This document shows positions 58,554-64,000 of a DNA stretch of 64,000 nt, in pieces. Position 1 is the stretch's first letter; each line of letters begins with the position of its first letter. A program made the position numbers and the translations under genes. Under the pieces are notes generated by a model that was not told where the DNA came from, did no database searches, and worked only from the letters and a program-made list of their open reading frames with translations. This DNA is from Octopus vulgaris (Eukaryota): the NCBI GenBank assembly GCA_951406725.2, contig OX597826.1, positions 26,412,001-26,476,000 on the forward strand, in the 5' to 3' direction.

Positions 58554-59309
58554 TTGTTTCTATATTTTACTTATTCTTTGTCCTTTTTGAAATATTTCTT
58601 TTTTTTCATCGCAGTTTATTTTACATGAACTTTTGTATATTTTTTCTTGTTTTTTTTTTTATTTGATAACGGAATTCAGTGGAATGGCTATATGTGTCAA
58701 TTTGACAATTGAAAACAATGAAGTGCTTTTTCGTACGTGGCATATGTATGCATAGGTGTGGCTTTGTGGCAAAGAAACTTTAATTTCATAACAATGATTT
58801 TAAGGGCTCCACATTACATTCTGTAGCGAGGAACATCAAACATGCGTCGACACCTATAGAGTTGAATAGCTCCATACGTACAGAAAAAAGTACTCAGGTA
58901 TTTGTACGAGTCTTGAGGTCCCAGTCATGAATGATTTTGTAGTGAATATGGCTCGATTAAAATGTTGAATAACCCCTACTAGTTAATGTGCTCTTGTTCT
59001 GAAAATTCCCTTAAAAAACGAAATTTTGAAATACTAATGTGACGTTTGTTTTTTTCTTATATATGTATACATTTCGAAACGCGGAGTAGATAAAACAGGG
59101 GACAACTGATGACGGGAATGTTCTTTATGTTACCTGTCACGTTTCTCTGTTTGCCAGTCTCGTTCGTTGTTCGAAAAAGTTCGTTTTCTATGTTTTTGTT
59201 TTTTATGTTCTCGTCTCTCATCTTGCCTACCTCTATTGATGTCCTGTACCTACATATATATGTAGGTATGTACTTACATGTATGTATATATTTATATATT
59301 ATTTAAATT

Positions 59310-59371
<62 letters not shown>

Positions 59372-59883
59372 GAATGTGTGTATAATAGCAGCAATAACCC
59401 ATTAAGGGAATTTATAAACACTTAATGCATCGCGCGTTTTCACAAATCACATGTCTCTTAAAATCCCAGTCCGTATTCTTGAGATGATTACAATGTAGTC
59501 GATAGTAACCGTGGGCATTGGGTTGATCATCATCCTTAATTAACTTCTTCAGGCGATATAACATTATTTGATGAACAACAGAGGGATGCTCATTCCCCGC
59601 CCTTTTTTTTTCACCAATATGAAGGTCAAGCGAATTTTGTGTGTATTCATGTGTGTGTTCCCCACCAAACGCACACGGAACTACTCAGAGAACTCGCTTG
59701 ACCTTCATAATATCTCCATATGTTGTACGTCAACTAATCAATGATAATTATCAACCAGATGCGCACGTATATTACGGACAACACTGAAATCATACCAGAA
59801 ATTCGGACTGTGATCATAATAGTCATATGATGTATAGAAACGCGTGTAGCGATGTATTAAATATTTATATATTCCATCCAAGG

Positions 59884-59928
<45 letters not shown>

Positions 59929-60074
59929 GTTATTATTCTATTTATCCTACGTTATATCGGTACAACTTGATGAAACCCCGAAACACTGGCTCACTATTCG
60001 ACATCATTAGACGCTGGCAGGCATATTAGTATAGGAGCTTTGTTTCCATATTCAAAACATTGTCATAAACAAAC

Positions 60075-60243
<169 letters not shown>

Positions 60244-61061
60244 ATGAATGAATGAGGGAAAGGGAAAATGGAGTTTTGCAAGAATCTTTATTCAACACAA
60301 AGATCTTTCGACCGACTCGCCATGTGTCCTTTGTGGGTGGGATATTGCACAGCTAGTTGTGTTGGATTCACTAGTGCGAAATGCACCTCGTCGGGTGTCT
60401 CGTTTTAAATAAGTTACTGTGCTAAATATACTTCGTTTGTTAACTATACTGATAGTGGATGGATAAAATTTCCAAGTTATAACTAGTAAATGGGTCTGGC
60501 TATAGTTCACAGTGAATACATGACATATAGTGAAGTAAAAAACGATAAAAAATGACAAAGGATTAGAATTAAAAGATAAAAATGAGGAAAGATAAGTATA
60601 AACGTGTTAACATGTAAACAAGTACAGACGTACATACACTCACTCCACGCGCTCGCGCCGTTAAGGAGATGTCATTGAATACAGTCACCAACAACTAAGG
60701 TGGTCATATTAGAGGTCATATTAGATTGCTACACCCTCGCTGTACGGCCAGTTTTCAGATGATGGGCCGGTGTTTTTAGGTAACCTAAACGGTGAAAGTG
60801 CTTTAACTGGCAAACTACTGACCATATAGCCAAGGTTCACATACTTTATTGTCTCTTTTACTTTTCTTATTCTTTTTATTTTTCTTATTTACTCCAGGTC
60901 TTTGATTTCCTGATAATTTCATGTAGACAGCTCTCTGTAATATCGCAACGGAATCTGTCCCTCATCATTTTCTGCCAAACGGCTTAAACCTACGAACCCT
61001 AACAACATGCTGTATTTAAACCTTGCGAAACAAAGTTTATTTAACGAGATACCCTTATAAC

Positions 61062-61142
61062 ATCATCTGACGAAACATTTCTCCACCGAGGGACACATCT
61101 GCGGGGAACCAATGCAAGATGAGTCGAAACGATCATCGTGAT
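61062..61142 (+). ncRNA. Decayed type-I hammerhead motif
   Basis: AUCAU-CUGACGA-..-GAAA-CGAUCA-UC-GUGAU. Stem I pairs, stem III is one change from the palindrome ACGAUCGU, and stem II pairs poorly. Confidence 0.5.
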
Positions 61143-61428
61143 CAATAGATATACATGCGTGTATGTTAATATTTCGCTTAGGCATTTAATAACCTGGGGA
61201 AAGAACGTATGCTTCTTCCAGTTACATAGCGTAAAGTGAGATTACATAAATAATAAGGGAACAAGAACTTCATACGTAATGAACTTCATTATCCTACAGC
61301 TGTTTCTGCCATAAAATGTATGCACTCATTGTTAAGTGCTTGTGTATCACATTTTAGCTTAGTTGGAGATTCAAAAGGGAGGTGCAATTTTATTTGGCAA
61401 ACGTTTAAATATATCGATTTTGTGTGTG

Positions 61429-61470
<42 letters not shown>

Positions 61471-61627
61471 AGTGGGGGAGAATATGAGCCTAGTGTGCCT
61501 GTGTTGCATGTTTGAAAATATATACGAACTAAAGAAAATATCAGTTCATTCTAACAAAAGTGTTGAGTTCTATATTAGATGACCTTTATGCTAACTATAA
61601 TTTCCCCCTCTTTTTTTCTCTCTGTCT

Positions 61628-61670
<43 letters not shown>

Positions 61671-61688
61671 GCATGCATATAAATATGT

Positions 61689-61759
<71 letters not shown>

Positions 61760-62076
61760 GAGAGAGAAAGGGAGATAGAGAGAGTGAGAGGGGGAGAGCA
61801 AAGCGAAAAAACGAGAGAGAGAAAGATAACTAGATTGATAGATAAAGAGTGATGGAGTTTATGTAGATTCAAGATATGACTTTTCTTTTAACACTGAAAA
61901 ACGTTTCCTTTTACTTAGCATTCCGATTAAGCTATTCATTTTTTAAAGTTTCAGCGTTCGCCATGTTCATAACATCAATTACCCTCCACGTACAAAAATG
62001 AAAAAAAAAAAAAGAAACATGAAAAAGAAAAAAGAAACAGATGCATGACAGATATTAGCTTCATTGTACCTCTCAG

Positions 62077-62122
<46 letters not shown>

Positions 62123-62799
62123 ATCTGTCGTTTACTGTAAGATGATAATGAACACAAGTAATAAAACACCTGCCATAGTTTTATCAGAGACCCACACCTC
62201 TACCACAAAATAAAACTGACCTTTTGTTATGCTGGTCAATTATGGAACCAGTGTTCTATAATACTACTAATACGATCGGTAAATATTCCTCATATTTGCT
62301 TTTTTTTATTTGAGAATATCAACGATAAAGAACTGTTATTTTAGCCAATAGTGAAGGATTAATTTAACGTAATATAATGCGTTGCTCTCGTCATAGTTTC
62401 GTTTGAAATCGTATCTCCTGTATATTATATAAACCGGTCTTTTAACTCGATTTTCATCAAGATTCAGCCCCGTAAAATCAAGTTGGATTAGGCCTTGCGG
62501 TATTGCTGCTAGTCTATTTGAATAAAGATCTTGCGGTTCGAATCTGTATACAGTTTAGTTTCTTATTGTTTATCAGTCTGCTTTCGATTCCGGGTAGACC
62601 AATGGGCAAAGATCATTCAATCTAGAAGCAATAACCTCTTTCCTTGAATAATGTATCCGAGTCTAAACAATCCTATATGTTTCCATGCAAGACAACATCG
62701 TGTTATGTGTGAGGCATTTGGTTGGTATTTCTAGCAAGGAAAACAACCACGAAGAGGAATCCTTCTCTGGTCCGATACGTTTATTTTTCTATTCTTTTA

Positions 62800-63000
62800 T
62801 ATTGTTCTTATTTCAATCATTGTGCTATGGCGAATATGGGGCAACCCCTTAAAGGGTTTATTGGAACAAATCAACCCCAGAAGTTGGATACTTATTTTAT
62901 CGGTTCCTTTTGTTGAGACGCTAGTTACAAGGACCTAAAAAAACCAACACTAAGTCTCAAGCATTTGGTGATGGTTGGGTAAACAATGACATGTACACAC
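62800..63000 (-). mobile_element. SINE family B, 3' half (diverged)
   Basis: tacttattttatcggttcc..cgctagttacaaggacctaaa..accaacac, homologous to 19250-19420. Confidence 0.55.
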
Positions 63001-63150
63001 ACAAATAAATACACACATACACACACACACACACATACATACGCACACATACACACTGAACTCAATCATGGAGCATAGGATGTTCTTGCAAAGCGATTTT
63101 CTTAGCCACCTTGATACAGATTTTTTCACTCAGATACACTACTTAGATTA

Positions 63151-63610
63151 CAGTAATCCTTCGTCATATCGCAGTTGGCCTATCGCGCATTCAGCACGTC
63201 GTGGTTCACGCATCGTGCACTCAGTACATCGCGGATTTTCTGGCTAATTTATATCGCGCATTCTTTAGCATATCATGGGTTTCTGCGGGCGATAGATATT
63301 TAGACTTGTTTAGGTTTTAATTATATCTGTGGTAAAATAAGCATTTTCACTTTTAAAAATTAAAAGATTATTAAATAAAAATGGAGTACAGTACTGCACT
63401 GTATAACACATTAATTAAAATATATTAAAAGAAAATACGTAGTGTAGGAGTAGATGAGAAAACAAAGATTTGCACATACTGTATGGAAAACAAAGCTCAG
63501 GAGGCGACTGAGCGGTATTGCTTTGCATTTATAATAAAATAAATATATGCAAATTATAAAAATGATAAAAAGTGTACAGTACAATACCTTTTCTACACCG
63601 TGAAATATAA
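63151..63610. mobile_element. Tigger/pogo-like (Tc1-mariner superfamily) non-autonomous remnant
   Basis: TA followed by CAGTAATCCTTCGTCATATCGC terminus and repeated atcgcg subterminal motifs. The right boundary is uncertain. Confidence 0.55.
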
Positions 63611-64000
63611 TACATACATACATATATATATATTTATATATATATATGTATGTGCGAGCAAAACGCCCCACCCCGCGTCCAATGGACGATGCTGAGTTGT
63701 CAACATTTAAACCAAATTTTCTCAAAAACAACTTGTCCGACCGTCCCAATTTGTAGCATTATTTCAAGCCAGCCGGCCTTTTTTGCGCAAATTGCACGTG
63801 CAGTTTTTTCGCGTACCCGTAGTATCGATCGCAACAGCTGATGTACTTGCGCGTACAAATGCACGTTCCCACGGCTTTATCGATCCCATTCTCACATGGA
63901 ATCGAGTTTAGTAATTTTTTCAAGACTTATACACGCCCTGATACCGTCGGTATCTACATATCATATCTGAGCGCAATCGGGTGGAGGATGCCCGATAGCC

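Noticed and set aside
59070-59150. CTGATGA and GAAAC motifs suggesting a hammerhead
   Set aside because: The order and stems do not assemble into a valid fold. The same applies to weak motifs at ~14200-14245, ~15085-15130 and ~59965-59985.

Overview
AT-rich, microsatellite-saturated eukaryotic intergenic or intronic DNA. The repeat families point to a cephalopod, most likely Octopus (inference from recognised SINE types, not from a database search). I found no convincing intact host protein-coding exon. Almost all ORFs in the track are translations of (TA)n, (CA)n, (TAA)n, (TATC)n and (TATG)n repeats. Supported content: (1) a stack of 5'-truncated R4/Dong-like RLE LINEs and a ~560-bp non-coding partner element, sitting in (TAA)n tracts (1-8.8 kb); (2) a CR1-clade LINE (35.7-37.4 kb) and an L1/Tx1-like LINE (46.6-48.05 kb); (3) a truncated mariner, plus MULE-, hAT-, Tigger- and piggyBac-like remnants; (4) at least three tRNA-derived SINE families. 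The most interesting signals are RNA-level. There is one intact type-I hammerhead ribozyme (13806-13896, minus strand) and several decayed ones in Penelope-like debris, one of them downstream of a tRNA-like head. A SINE unit with a Tx1-like 3' tail sits at the same position inside older copies of its own family at two loci. Two SINE-LINE tail pairings are visible within this one window. A candidate TATA/Inr promoter and a consensus CTCF motif are also noted.
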